A stretch of 32,000 nt of DNA from Mycobacterium leprae TN (GCF_000195855.1 NC_002677.1:2700001-2732000), one strand, 5' to 3'. Positions 9,375 through 21,260 are shown, numbered from the stretch's first letter. A program made the numbers and translations. Notes: generated by a model from the letters alone, not told the origin.

Positions 9375-9970
9375 TCACACCGTTACAATGACGTGGTCGA
9401 TCATGGTAGCCGCGATGAACCTATCGAAGGCGTGCCAATCGCTGGGCCGGGCGAGCAGCCCGCGCGCACTAAATCCAAGCGTGGTGAACCGTACGGTGCT
9501 GGCAGCTACCACGCCCACGCCGAATAGCTAGCAGTCACCACTACTGGTTGGCCAGCGTGCCGAGCAGCACCACGGTGTCTAGGGTAAACGTGGGGGTTGA
9601 GCCAGGTGAAGGCTAAAAGGTCAACACCACGCTGGCCAATCATGCCGGCGCGGAGTCAATGGGCTTCAGGACGCTGGGACGGCACACACTCCGGGCGGCT
9701 AGCAGGCCATAACAGATTAGAAACGCCGTGCCGCCTAACTTCGTCATTGCGACGACGTCGAGGTTGGCTGGTGACCAGCCGCTCCGAATCTGGACACGCC
9801 AGTTGCGATCAGTACGAGATCGGAAATCGCGCATACCGCCAGCACAGCCAATACATGCTGCCGTCGGGTATCTTGTGCGTAGCACGAAGGCGTTCTGAGC
9901 GCCACTCGCCACAATCAGTGCCATTCCAATCATAACGCCGAGCAGGAAAGGGGAAGTGACCGCATCGACG
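9375..9970 (-). pseudogene. lysE: Relic LysE/RhtB-family amino-acid exporter (Rv1986/LysE-like)
   Basis: Reverse-strand fragments PFLLGVMIGMALIVASGAQNAFVLRT, NLDVVAMTKLGGTAFLICYGLLAARSVCRPSVLKPI, PHVYP.../DTVVLLG and ASTVRFTTLGFSARGLLARPSDWHAFDRFIAATMIDHVIVTV. Confidence 0.8.
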
Positions 9971-10035
9971 CTAAGGCTACCAGCGATTTCAGTCGAGCTA
10001 AAAATAGTTTTAGCTATCAGTAGAATGTCTAATTG

Positions 10036-10855
10036 TTACACAGCTGTTGGATGACAACCAGCTGGCCGCCTTAATGCCCGTGATCGAACTGGGCAGTTTT
10101 GATGCGGAGGCCGAAGGTTACAAATTACCCGGTCGACGGTCAGCCAGCGCGTTAAGCTGCTTGAGCAGCGGATAGGGAGGGCGCTGGTGGTCAAGAAAAG
10201 CCTTGTGTGGCAACGACGGCCAGCATACCGCTGCTGCGACTTACAGCACATACCACGATTTGCTTGAGTTCTTAGGCTATCAGCCGGCTGCGGGACGACG
10301 TGACGTGCACTCGCGCCGCGCTGGCTGCGAACACTGCCTTGTTGGCGGGCCTGGTTGCTCCAGGTCTTAAGCCGGCTGGACGAGGTCCTGTTCGAATCCG
10401 CATTGAGGACCAGGACTATTCCGGCACAGTTGTTGCGTGAGGAGGACGTGGTGAGTACGATAGACCACAGAACGCGCACCGATGTCAGATCGTCGAGTGC
10501 GGCCCTCGGGAGTTATGCGCCGGTCGCCAGTGCGTCCTACATCAAACGCTAGCAACCTAATGACTTAACCAAACAGGGCGGACATCGGTGGCGCCATTAT
10601 TGTCCTGGAACTGCAATGATTTCCTGCAGGACAGACTGGTGCACAAGGCTTTTCGCCGAGTAAGCAGCAGCCTGATAAATTTTGCTTAGACCACAGAAGG
10701 ACCGCCCACGGCGGCGCGAGCAGAACTTGACTGGAGCATGTTTCCCGACAAATTTGCGGCACCTACACTGCTTGCCGGATCGCTCGCCCAGATCAGTGGC
10801 CTCCCATTTGAGCGTACCGCTGTTCTGGCAGCGCTGGAAGCCAGTATAAACTAAC
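10036..10855 (+). pseudogene. lysG: Relic LysR-type regulator (LysG/IciA, Rv1985c-like), divergent from the lysE relic
   Basis: DDNQLAALMPVIELGSFDAEAEG, KALCGNDGQHTAAAT, RIEDQDYSGTVV, ACFPTNLRHLHCLPDRSPRSVASHLSVPLFWQRWKP, in shifting frames. Confidence 0.75.
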
Positions 10856-11139
10856 CATAACGATATAAACTAACCATAACGACCACTACCAAGACCAGGT
10901 GTCCCTGGCCCGTCGCTTCGCCACCGACTTACGCCGTCGATCAAAATAAGGATTATATAGAATGGCTTCTGTACGGAAAGTACATGCCGAATGAGTTAAA
11001 CGAGGATAACGGATCATGGATACCACACCCGCTCAACGTAATCCACAATGCCCAGCGAAAAATACTGGATATCCTGGGCATTGCCGACAAAACCTCTGTT
11101 TCGGTTACAGGCAGCAATAACTAGATACCATACTCGGGG

Positions 11140-12275
11140 CAACGCAAAGTCGTCGCGCACGCTGCCGATGAACAAATAGGCCAACAGCCTGAAGCTCATT
11201 GTGCATAGTGTCGCGTTGCGGAACCATAGCCCGAGTCTAGTTCGGGTGGCGAAGAACGAGATAAATCTCATCGCTGCCTGCTTGCTTGACTTCGATAAAA
11301 GAGACGTAGGCATGTGAAAGTATGGCGGCAGTGGCCACCAACGTACCAGTTAGCCGGCCAGAACATACGATTGGGTCATCGTCCTCAAGGCCAGGCAGCC
11401 AAATGCAAGCCGCTGCATCGCCGATCGGTAGTACCCGGTGGCGCTACCAACCACCAATGTGGATCTGGCTGACCACGTCGAAGTACAGCTCGCCGATATC
11501 ATCAAGCACTGCGCGGATATACCGGAATTCCCAGCAGATGTCACCAAAATGGTTGCACAACTGTTCTTTTAGTGCCAAGCTACCGCTGTCGTACTCGGCA
11601 CGTAAGTTGAACAGGAACATTGTGTGGTCATAACGCAGCGAGAATCGCCTCACTGTTTGGTGGGTGTGTTGTTAAGTGACGTACATCAATGCATCACACA
11701 GCTGGTAACCATCGACCACGCAGGCCGCGACCTTGCAACCAAGGTAATGCTTCAAGGTCTTTTCGTATCCGAAGCTGAGATATCGCACATTCGAGTGCTG
11801 GCCATCGACGCCCATAATCAGGTCGAATCACGTAGCTTACCCTTATCGAAAGTCAGGACGACATCATAAGCCTGTTCGTCAAGGGTGGTAATGCTATGTC
11901 GCCTAAGACTGTTTTGACTTGGTATTTGATGATAGCGTAGATCGCGGCGGCCAGGTCGCTGCGAAGCAAGCTGATAAAGTTGTCGACGGTCATGCTGCGA
12001 AAGACATTAACGCTCAGTTACGTCTTTATCTCACCGCCCTGGCGTACGGAGCGCAAGCCTTAAGCCTGGTAGCCGACGTTGTGGATCGGGTCATCGATGT
12101 CCATGCGTTTAGCTACTTGGTAGCCGACTCCACAAAAGTGGATACATAGCCTCCAGTGCGGAATTTCGGTGCCTGCTCAATCACCGTCGGGGTGCGGCCG
12201 GTGCGAGGAAACCCGTGGGCGAACGCAGCGTCTGCCACACCGGCACCGCTTATAGTGATCCTCAATACTGCGATT
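11140..12275 (-). pseudogene. Relic FAD-dependent monooxygenase (Rv0575c-like, PHBH fold)
   Basis: Reverse-strand fragments ITISGAGVADAAFAHGFPRTGRTPTVIEQAPKFRTGGYV, CGVGYQVAKRMDIDDPIHNVGYQ, YDVVLTFDKGKLRDS, GLIMGVDGQHSNVRYLSFG, KVAACVVDGYQLCDALMYV, RRFSLRYDHTMFLFNLRAEY, ALVGSATGYY..., RTRLGLWFRNATLCTMSF. Confidence 0.8.
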
Positions 12276-12289
12276 CTGCCCGCCGACGC

Positions 12290-12740
12290 GGTTCAAACAT
12301 GCTCTGTTCGTCGTACCGACGGCCCACTCCGATAGATCATTTATCCTCATGTCGCGGCCGAGGTCGGCGGCCAAGGTATCGACAACACTATTGACCTTGT
12401 GCGCGAGCGCTCTATCGTTTCTGCTTTCCCGAGTATTAGGTATTGCCCATACATCGGGCATCGGGCTGTAAATTGCCGTCATAAATATAGAAAGCACAAA
12501 ACAGGCATACGAAGATCGCGGCTGGCGAAACCGTAGTGTTGCCAGAGAACAGCGTGGTCACCAGCACGCCGACGGTGTTAACGAGCAACTGCTGCCAGCC
12601 CCTGGTGAGGGTTTCACCCCAGGAGTTGGTGACGGCTAAGATCACAAAAGCTGCGACCATCAGCCCAGTACCAGCGAGCTGGCGACACCAACTCGCCGGT
12701 GACGATGGCTAAGGGCGCGGCGACGACAACTGAATGGCCT
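12290..12740 (-). pseudogene. Possible relic membrane protein, unidentified; weak resemblance to a TM plus GGDEF architecture
   Basis: Reverse-strand TGLMVAAFVILAVTNSWGETLTRGWQQLLVNTVGVLVTTLFSGNTTVSPAAIFVCLFCAFYIYD, then HKVNSVVDTLAADLGRDMRINDLSEWAVGTTNRACLNRV. No firm motif. Confidence 0.2.
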
Positions 12741-13407
12741 GCTGGGTCGTCGGCAACAAACCGCTGCGGTGTTGCTCGGTGACGCTGTCGGATGCAGCTG
12801 GCGAGGCATTTGCTGCGCTCTCCGAGGCACCGGTGGTGGACGCCCTAATAGCGACCACCGCTGCGGTAAGTATCACTGACTTCACCTACCGAAGCGGTTA
12901 CCTAATTCGTTGTTGCGCCCGGCTTCACCGCGCTTACGCTCATAACTACTGGGCGCACCCAAACAGCAAGCATGTAACGCACACGATAAGGCGACCGTTT
13001 GTAACTTCCACAGTATTGGGCTCTGCTGCGCTAAAGGTTTAATAGTACAGAGGAGCCATGGAAGCTTGGTGAGCCCTAGGTTTATCCAGAGAAGGTGTCG
13101 ATCTTCCGATCCGGCACCCTAGTACGGTTCTCGGCATCCAGGTGCAGTCATAGCCCCAATAATGGCAAAAGCTTTGTGGACTTACGTAATCCCGAAAACG
13201 GGATGGTCGCAACGGCCTTTAGTTAGGGCTGCAGCCGGAAACGTTGCAAATAGCCGAGGCCATCCCGTTAGCACAGAAATGCACGCGCGGCGCGCGAATT
13301 CCGTGTTAGCTAAGGGTGTACAGATGATTCAGAATATCATCCACTTTAACATTTCAACAACAAATATCCAGCGTCTTTTAACGCACATCGGCTACCGATA
13401 ACGGCGG

Positions 13408-14178
13408 CTATCGACTAGGCAACGACTCGGCAATCGACAAAGCCTCCTGCGCACCGGCGTGCAATGCCCTGCAGCACAACACCAGCCAGGCAGCAACACC
13501 TTTCGGTGTCCCACCGGCGAATCCACATGCCGCGTCCCGATAAACTGCGGCTCGACGCATCCAACTTACCTCGGGCACGCCTAGCCCGTGCGGATCCAGC
13601 CCGGTAGCGATAGTCACCAACCGCGACACAGCCCGAGCCACCACACCATCGGCACTGCCAAACGGCTGCAGCGTCAGCAGCTCTCCGTGTACGACTGCAG
13701 CGACCACCGGTGCCGCCGCAAAAGTGCGACCACTGACCACATCCACGAGCAACCCGAGCCGCAGACCCACCTCAGCATCCATTCGTGGGCGGCCCAGCCA
13801 CTCGTCACCAACTTGATCAGCGGCCGCTAGCACATGTAGGCGGGCCAGTGCCTGTAGTGGCGCCCGCTGCCATACCCCGACCAACGGGCCCGCACCGCCT
13901 TCCAGCGCCTGGGCCACTCGCAACGCACCGCCGAACACCGGATCACTAACCCCACCGGCCTGCGGGGAGGCCCCCGGCAGGTGGTCTAGTCGCACCGGGC
14001 CACCGTCAAGCACTGATGAAGCCCGCGCCGCCCGCAGCGCCGCTTCAGCCGCAGTCACCGGCCAGCCTCGCAGGTTTGCCCGGTGTCGGTGAGCCCGACC
14101 CAGCGCGTCGCGAGCTCGGTCACTAGCCGTGGCGACGCCGGGAAGCTCCATCAGTGGAGCTAGCAGATCAGCTGTCAC
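13408..14178 (-). CDS. Conserved mycobacterial hypothetical protein (Rv3662c-like)
   Basis: Intact 256 aa ORF located next to the dppD relic, as Rv3662c is in Mtb. Confidence 0.75.
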   Translation of the reverse strand: MTADLLAPLMELPGVATASDRARDALGRAHRHRANLRGWPVTAAEAALRAARASSVLDGGPVRLDHLPGASPQAGGVSDPVFGGALRVAQALEGGAGPLVGVWQRAPLQALARLHVLAAADQVGDEWLGRPRMDAEVGLRLGLLVDVVSGRTFAAAPVVAAVVHGELLTLQPFGSADGVVARAVSRLVTIATGLDPHGLGVPEVSWMRRAAVYRDAACGFAGGTPKGVAAWLVLCCRALHAGAQEALSIAESLPSR

Positions 14179-14199
14179 AGCTTGTCAAGTTATCGCCCT

Positions 14200-15839
14200 A
14201 TCTCCTTGTAGGTATTAGCGTACCGGAGAATGGCCTCCAAAAACTGACGAATTTACTTGTCAACAGGCTGAATGAACACACCGTCGGTGAGGACCCGCTC
14301 TATCACCCGGCCGGCGGGCATCACCAGAACATCGTCGGCAATCTACCGTACCACCGCAAAATCATAGCTGATAAACAGGTACGTAAATGCTAATTGAGTC
14401 TACATATCGACTAACAGATCGAATATCTTCTCCTGAACCAACGCATCTAGTCGATACCGCTTCATCGCTACCAACACTTCGGGCCGCAGCGCCGACGACC
14501 GAGCGATCGCAACCCGTTGCCGCTGAACATCAGAAAGTTGCACAAAGCAGCCGGCCCAACACCGACGACAGCGGCGCCAACTGTCCGACCAGCTCGCACA
14601 CCGCTCGTTCACGTTGCTTGCGGTCATCGCGACCCGGTGTATCCGCAAAAATTGCCCGATAACACGAAACACCGAATACATGGTACTCAAACTGTTGCAA
14701 GGATTCTGGAACAGAGATTGCACTTGCCGGCGAAACACTAACGCCTCGTCCCAGTTGAGTGGGCCGACGACCTTGGCACCCTGTTACACTACTGTGCCCG
14801 AAGTAGTTTGCAGCAAACCCAGCATCGCTCTCGCCGCCGTCGACTTCCCCTAGCAGGCCTCTCCAACGATTGCTACAGTTCTAGCCCGTCGTAGCAGAAA
14901 TGACACCGCGTCGACGGCACAAAACGCCACCCGGCACCACGGTGCACCACGAGACTTCCGGAAGATCTTGGCCAGGACAGAGGAGACGAAACAACACCGC
15001 GCACAGCGGCTTTTGTGAACTCCTGCGATTGGAGATGTGCATAACCTCTGTTACGCGCCGCCAGCGATGGAGCCGCGGCGATTATCTACGAGTGTAGTCG
15101 TGTTGTGGATTTTTCAGGATTGATTGCACTGCAACTGATTCCACTACTACCCCACGACGGACGACTACCTCTGATTCAATTCTTTTGGAGATCACGCCAG
15201 ATCCTGAGTGATCGAAAGCAACGCGATACCACGTTCGTCGATGAGCCGCCGCAAATGATCAAGCATCTGCCGTTGCACGGTGCAAGTCCAACACGGAAGT
15301 CGGTTCTTCGACGATAATTAATCGCGGCCAATAGGCCAACCCGATGGCAATCAACGCACACTGACCCATGCCGCCCAAAAGCTTATGCAGGTACCGGCCC
15401 GGCTAGCTTTGCCGGGTCTTGCATGCCAATCTTCTTCGAGCAATTCCAACGCCTTTCTTCATACACTACGGCTTTCAGTATTGGGCCGCAACGCTTCTGA
15501 TATTTGACAACCGACCTTCCATACTGGGTTGAGGTTGGTCATCGGGTCCTGCAGTACGTATACGATGCAACGACAGCGGATCGACCGGAGTATTCAGCGA
15601 TCAGCAGCAGTGATGTCGGTACCATCGAAATCGATACTTACCAGGGTAATTCGTCGAACGTGCGGCAGAAAGCCAAGAATCGTAGCGGGAGCGGCGGCTT
15701 TTCCCGATCCCGATTCGCCGACGACCTCCAAAATCTGACCGAACAGCACCCTCAGATTCATTCCGTGAACCGACGGAGCGTTCGTGCCGAACCCGACTTC
15801 CAGACCCTTTAGAGTAGAGTAGCGGCGATGCTTAGTCAC
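14200..15839 (-). pseudogene. dppD: Relic dipeptide ABC transporter ATP-binding protein (dppD, Rv3663c-like)
   Basis: Reverse-strand fragments LKGLEVGFGTNAPSVHGMNLRVLFGQILEVVGESGSGKAAAPATILGFLP (Walker A-like GESGSGK), and QRQRVAIARSSALRPEVLVAMKRYRLDALVQEKIFDLLVDM from the second nucleotide-binding domain. Confidence 0.8.
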
Positions 15840-15849
15840 CGGCGCAGTG

Positions 15850-16722
15850 GCTCATGTTCGCCACGCTCATGATACCGGTACCAAAGGGTCACCCATCATC
15901 GTTAAAAACGAGCACCGTAACTGCCAGTGCGCCGGCGGGCTAAATCTAGATGATCTAATGTGGGTGGGTACGACCACAACGGGTCTGGTCGACGGTGATA
16001 TGGCCGCACCAAGACACCACCGATATCGGCCAGACCCACCCCGAGGTAGGACAGCGGTGGCCGCGGTAAATATACCGAAGGTTATAGTGTACACCTGCAA
16101 TTACCGGACCTAAAACAAACGTTGGCCGGGACACCCCGCAGCAGGATTCGACATCGACTTATCCCCAATGCTTGAGCTGCAAGAACACAGTCCACTAGCC
16201 CGCATTTCGAATACCACGCCACGGGCGATCCTGGCTACTTGAGGCAAGCCGAGTAGCGCCAAGATGGCAATCACTGTCCATATCGTGCGGTGATGGATAA
16301 CCTGGATCAGTACAGTAGCAACCAGCAACAACAGCGATCCGCAGAATACGTCGGTTATATGCGAGATCACTATATCGACCCAGCCTCCGTAGCACCCAGC
16401 CAACGTATCCGGCACCCTACCAACGAAGAAGACGGCCAAAGTAGCCCCCAACCAAACGGTGACCTATGCTCGCGCACCGTAAATGATGTGCACGTAGATG
16501 TCGTGGCCTTGCAAATCGGCACCGAACCAGTGCACTGTCGACGAATCCAGTAGACCCGGGGTAGAGTCGACATACATAGGTTGGATCGTCCCTGGTGAAC
16601 AACGCCAAAAAAGCCGCGACCGTCCCAATGAACAGAATCAACATGCCGGCTATTACGAACACCAAACGGCAGCGAAGTGCACGCCAAAAGCCACGCCGGT
16701 GCGGGATCTGCTCAGCCATAAC
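15850..16722 (-). pseudogene. dppC: Relic dipeptide ABC permease (dppC, Rv3664c-like)
   Basis: MAEQIPHRRGFWRALRCRLVFVIAGMLILFIGTVAAFLALF, GATLAVFFVGRVPDTLAGCYGGWVDIVISHITDVFCGSLLLLVATVLIQVIHHRTIWTVIAILALLGLPQVARIARGVVFEM, with frame changes. Confidence 0.8.
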
Positions 16723-17619
16723 AGATCCACGGACCGTATATAACAGGTCCATTATCAAATTTGGTGACCAGATAGATCAGCAAGAGCTACAGTCACTTCG
16801 AGACCACCGTGCACTCCTATTGCCGGGTGACGTCCTCATACAGGACGCCATCGACACATGGATATTGAAGATGCCTTCGGCCACCATGGCTCCACCCATC
16901 AGAGCCCCCAGATCAACATCGAGGATGGTCACTACCCGGGATAAGCGAATTGCGCACAATGCACACCATCACCACCCCGCGCCAGAACAGCCTTTTCGCG
17001 GTGGCAGTGCGAACATAGTATAGGCGTACGCATTGGCAACCACCGCCGAGCCGGTCAACCGTACCACGTGGGCGGATAGCATCGAAATTAATACGCTCCT
17101 GGGGAGCAGCAGAAGTGCTACCATCGCCCGTTCGCCGACGGTGATCGGCGCGATTAACAGCCGGATCTCGAATACGAATTGCGCCAGAGAACCCAGCACG
17201 AAAATGGGGATCGCGATGATGATAATCAGTCCGGTGAGCAGGACCGAGAATCGAAAATTCCATACGAGCGCATGCCGGCGATCACGCCGAATCCAATAAC
17301 TCAGCGCGGACTCTACCGTCAGCACAATCAGCGCCAGCCTAAAGGTCACCGGAAATGCATGTGCCAGAACAGCACTGACCGAGAGCCCGAAATAGTAACG
17401 ACCCGAGTCGCCATGAAGGATGCCTCCTAAATAACGCAGGTACTGCAGCAGGAAGGGATCATCGAGGTGGTAACGGGTCCGCAGCTGCACAAGTAAGTGC
17501 AGGTAAGCGGCCAGAGCGACCACCGGATCACCAAGCAGCATGAAGACCATGCCATAGATCGCCCTGGGGCGTCAAAAGGAACTAGCATACCAGGGCCGAC
17601 GCGCGATATACCAGCCCAT
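16718..17619 (-). pseudogene. dppB: Relic dipeptide ABC permease (dppB, Rv3665c-like)
   Basis: MGWYIARRP start at 17619, MVFMLLGDPVVALAA, YHLDDPFLLQYLRYLGGILHGDSGRYYFGLSVSAVLAHAFPVTFRLALI, NSLIP, DLGALMGGAMVAEGIFNI, separated by frameshifts. Confidence 0.85.
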
Positions 17620-17628
17620 CTCAAGCCT

Positions 17629-18780
17629 GGACGAGGTTCTCATAGTCGGGCAAACCGTTCACGGTGAAGGGCACGTTGCTTACCGCAGATGACCACCTGA
17701 CTACGCTGTTGTAGTCCCAAAGCGGCACAAAGGAGCGTGTCGCGCAACAGGATTTGATGTGCAGCTTGGTCAGCGCATAAGATTTCTGCATGCTGGGGGC
17801 AGCTTCGGCCGGCTCAAGCGCGTCGTCCAAGTCGCCGACGTCGTTAGATCCCGCTCCGGCGGCAGATAGTGAGGCAACGGACTCTATCATCGACCAATAG
17901 TCACTTTGCCACGCAGCTCGGAAAGCTGTTGTGATGGTTCTACTGATGATCGGAGTGCGGCATTCGGCGAAGGTGGGCCGGCGGCGTTATAGGAAATCAG
18001 ACCAGCGAAGAGCCGGATCTATGATCCGGGATCAGTGTGTTCGAGGATTCCCCGCCATTGACGATCACCACAACGGTGCTAAGCAACCCACCTCCACAGC
18101 CGACCAACCAGCAGTCCGGCCGGCAAGCCAGGCTCGCACAGCCAACGCAGCCCCCGAATCCGACGCAACATGACAGCGACCCTAGGACTTGCGGCGACGC
18201 TCAGCTGCCATGCCGCGCCGCGACCAACTCAAATAACACAACGCCGCCGCCAGACACCGCCTTTCATGAATCCGCGGTCAGCGGGTACACTTACAGCCAG
18301 CAGGTCCCGATGGTGACCGGCACCGCAAACACCCGGACGGCGTCGTAAGGGTTGACACACAGCTCAGTGTAGGCAAGGCACGGGTTGCCTCTGCCGTAGA
18401 TGGCCAAGCCCTCGACGAGAACTTACATTTGCTGGGATAACGATAGAATGACGGTGGGCAAGACATCCCCACTACAGTGACCGGCAAGCCACTCAATGTA
18501 GCCGCATAGCGCTGGTTCAGCATAACACTCTGCGACCCACCAGCTCCCACCTTGACCATGGGAGAAGCCGTTGAACTGGTATTCACCCGTGCCGCCGGCG
18601 CCTCGTTGCTGGCAAGTGTGGCCAATACGGGTAAAGCCCGCACGGCGGCGGCGTAACTCGTTGTGGCCACGTCAAAGCTAGCAACCACTCGACGCCACCA
18701 CCACGGGGCGCCTCACATAAGCTCCGGCCATAGCGGTGATTATCCACTATGCGGTCTTTAGGCTCACCGGAATCGATCAT
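17629..18780 (-). pseudogene. dppA: Relic periplasmic dipeptide-binding protein (dppA, Rv3666c-like)
   Basis: Positioned between the dppB and acs relics. The end of the reverse-strand reading, FVPLWDYNSVVRWSSAVSNVPFTVNGLPDYENL, resembles the C-terminus of family-5 solute-binding proteins. Confidence 0.6.
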
Positions 18781-18849
18781 GTCATTTAGCCGCGCACTTG
18801 AGAACCAGTGACCGAAACCGCCGGCCCGTCGTCGTATCCGTCGTAAACG

Positions 18850-20545
18850 CCATTCTCTGAGCAAGCCAACTCCGAACTCTACCGCGAAACCGAAGAAGAC
18901 CGACTAGCTTTTGACCTTTTGACGCAAGCAGCTAATCAGCTATTGTGGTCAACGCCATTCGCCGAGGTGCTGAACTGGTCGGGGAGCCATTCGCCAGGTG
19001 GTTTTGTAGGCGACACGATCAACGTCACCTACAACTGCCTGAACCGTCATGTCGCGGAGGTCCACAAGAATCGTGGCCACTATCTCGCTGGGAGGACAAG
19101 CCCGGTGATAGTCGCTGGCTGAGCTAGTTCGGTATCTAAAGACCCAGGTGTGCAAAGCGGCCAACGCGCTGAACGGCATCAGTCTGGTTGCCATCTAACT
19201 GCTGTGCCTGTATCGCGATTTTGGTGTGGGCACTATACACAGCGTGGTGTTCTGCGGCTTTGCCACACACGCGCTACGAGCCCGGATCACCGATGCTGAC
19301 ACGAAACTGCTGATCATCAGCGACGGGCAGTTCCGGCGCAACAAACCAGTGTCGCTCAAGAACACCGCCGACAAAGCCTTGACGCCGGGCACAGACGGCG
19401 CAACCAGCACCGTCGAGCATATTCTGGTGGTGCAGCGCACCGGAATTGATCTGTCCTAGAACAACAAAAGCTACCCGTGGTGACACGACGTTGTCGACTC
19501 CAGAAGTATCAAGCATACTCCGGAGCCGTTCAACACCAAGTAGCCATTATTTCTGCACTACACCTCGGGTGCCCACTGGAAAAAACCAAGGGTATCGTGC
19601 ACACCAGTGGTGACTATCTCACTCAGTGTAGCTACACGATTCACAACATTTTCGCTTTCCAGCCGGACCGTGACGTTTTCTGGTGTATCGTCGACCCCTG
19701 CTTGGGTCACCGGGCACAACCTACCGGTTCTACGGTCCACTATCGCACGACGTAATCGAGGTGCTCTATGAGAGCACACCCAATACCCCAGACCGGCACC
19801 GGAATTTTCAGATCATCGAAAAGTAAAGTTTTCAGATCTATTACACTGCTACTATCCTGCGGCTACTGGGTAGGTTGGCGAACCGATCGATCCCGAGGCC
19901 TGGCGCTGGTACCGCGAATGTCATAGGCGCCGACAAGCTCCCGATAATGGACACCTGGTGGAAGACTGAGACCGGTTCCGCGATGATCTCGCCGGTGCCG
20001 GAAGTTGCTGCAGCCAATCCAGGTTCGACGATGACGCCATTGCCAAGTATCTCGGACAAGATCGTCGACGACCACGGCAATGCACTACAGCCAGACATTT
20101 ACAATATATAATGCCAAGAAAGCCACCAGTTACCTGGACTTGGATCAGCAGCCGCCCTCGACGCTGCGTAGCATCGAGGGTGACCCGGAGCGGCACCAGA
20201 ACACCTAACTGGTCCAAGTTCGGCTAGCAAAGCTTCTATTTCGCCGGGGACAGTACCCGCTTCGATCCCACTGGTCACGCCATTTTGCGCGTTCGTCATG
20301 CTACTGGCCAATTACGAGGCCCGCGACGGGACCGCCCACGAGCTGCACGGCCGAGATGGCCTAGGAAATCTCACCCATCACCCGGCTGAAATGAGGGGCC
20401 ACATCGTGCCGGAACTGCCCAAAGACACGCAGCGGCAAATCGCAAATCATGCGCCGCTCGCTACGCGACGCCGCCCAGAACCAGCTAGCTGGGCGACAGG
20501 CAACGTTGCTAGATTCCCAGCTATGCTCGACACGATCCACGCTAG
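18850..20545 (+). pseudogene. acs: Relic acetyl-CoA synthetase (acs, Rv3667-like)
   Basis: NSELYRETEEDRLAF, TPFAEVLNWSGSHSPGGFVGDTINVTYNCLNRHV, FATHALRARITDADTKLLIISDGQFRRNKPVSLKNTADKAL...VEHILVVQRTGI, KTRSGKSQIMRRSLRDAAQNQLAGRQATLLD. Confidence 0.88.
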
Positions 20546-20555
20546 TTAGCCGCGA

Positions 20556-21260
20556 TCAGACCGGCTGAGGCACAAATCCTGCGCCGGGCCGGTTATTTTT
20601 GTTGACGTCGGCCAGAATCGCGTTCATCGACATTACCACCGCCGGCGTGTGCAGCGGGATGAATTTGGTGATGCAGACCGGCAGGTTGTCAGTGAACGCC
20701 CCGTGAATCATACCGACTAGCAGATTGTTGACGGTCACCGGCGCTCCGGAGTCTCCTGGTCGTCCGCACACCTGCATAACAAGGGTGCCAGACGTCTCGC
20801 CCATCCCCCAAGCAACGCCACACGAGTTGCCAGTGGTGCGCCCCTGCTTACAGGCGATCTGGCCGAAGGCCGGATCCTGACCGATGCCAGAAATTACAAA
20901 GCCGTTATAGGCGGCCACCGGCATCACCTTAGCCGGATCAAACTTAATCACAGCATAGTCGAGGTTGTCATTACCCGCAATCATGGTTCCCATCGGGCCT
21001 CTGTTCTCCGCACCCTCGGCGGCAACCTGTGCGCCCGGACCGCCACAATGCGCCGAGGTGAAACCTATGAGCTCGGCAGCGCTGTCGGTGCCGATCGTGG
21101 TCAGGGTGCACATCGTGTCACCGTTAATGACAATACCCGCACCGCCACCCATCGGAAGCCTACCGTCAGCAAACACGGTCTTGGCGGGCATGCTCACCAC
21201 GGCCAAGAGCACGGCAACCAGAGCCACCAGAATGCACCAGTGCCCCCTTCGCAAAACCAA
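20556..21260 (-). CDS. Secreted trypsin/chymotrypsin-fold serine protease (Rv3668c-like)
   Basis: Intact 234 aa ORF with N-terminal signal sequence and a triad-like arrangement: TSAHCGG, NLDYAVI, GRPGDSGAPV. Confidence 0.88.
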   Translation of the reverse strand: MVLRRGHWCILVALVAVLLAVVSMPAKTVFADGRLPMGGGAGIVINGDTMCTLTTIGTDSAAELIGFTSAHCGGPGAQVAAEGAENRGPMGTMIAGNDNLDYAVIKFDPAKVMPVAAYNGFVISGIGQDPAFGQIACKQGRTTGNSCGVAWGMGETSGTLVMQVCGRPGDSGAPVTVNNLLVGMIHGAFTDNLPVCITKFIPLHTPAVVMSMNAILADVNKNNRPGAGFVPQPV

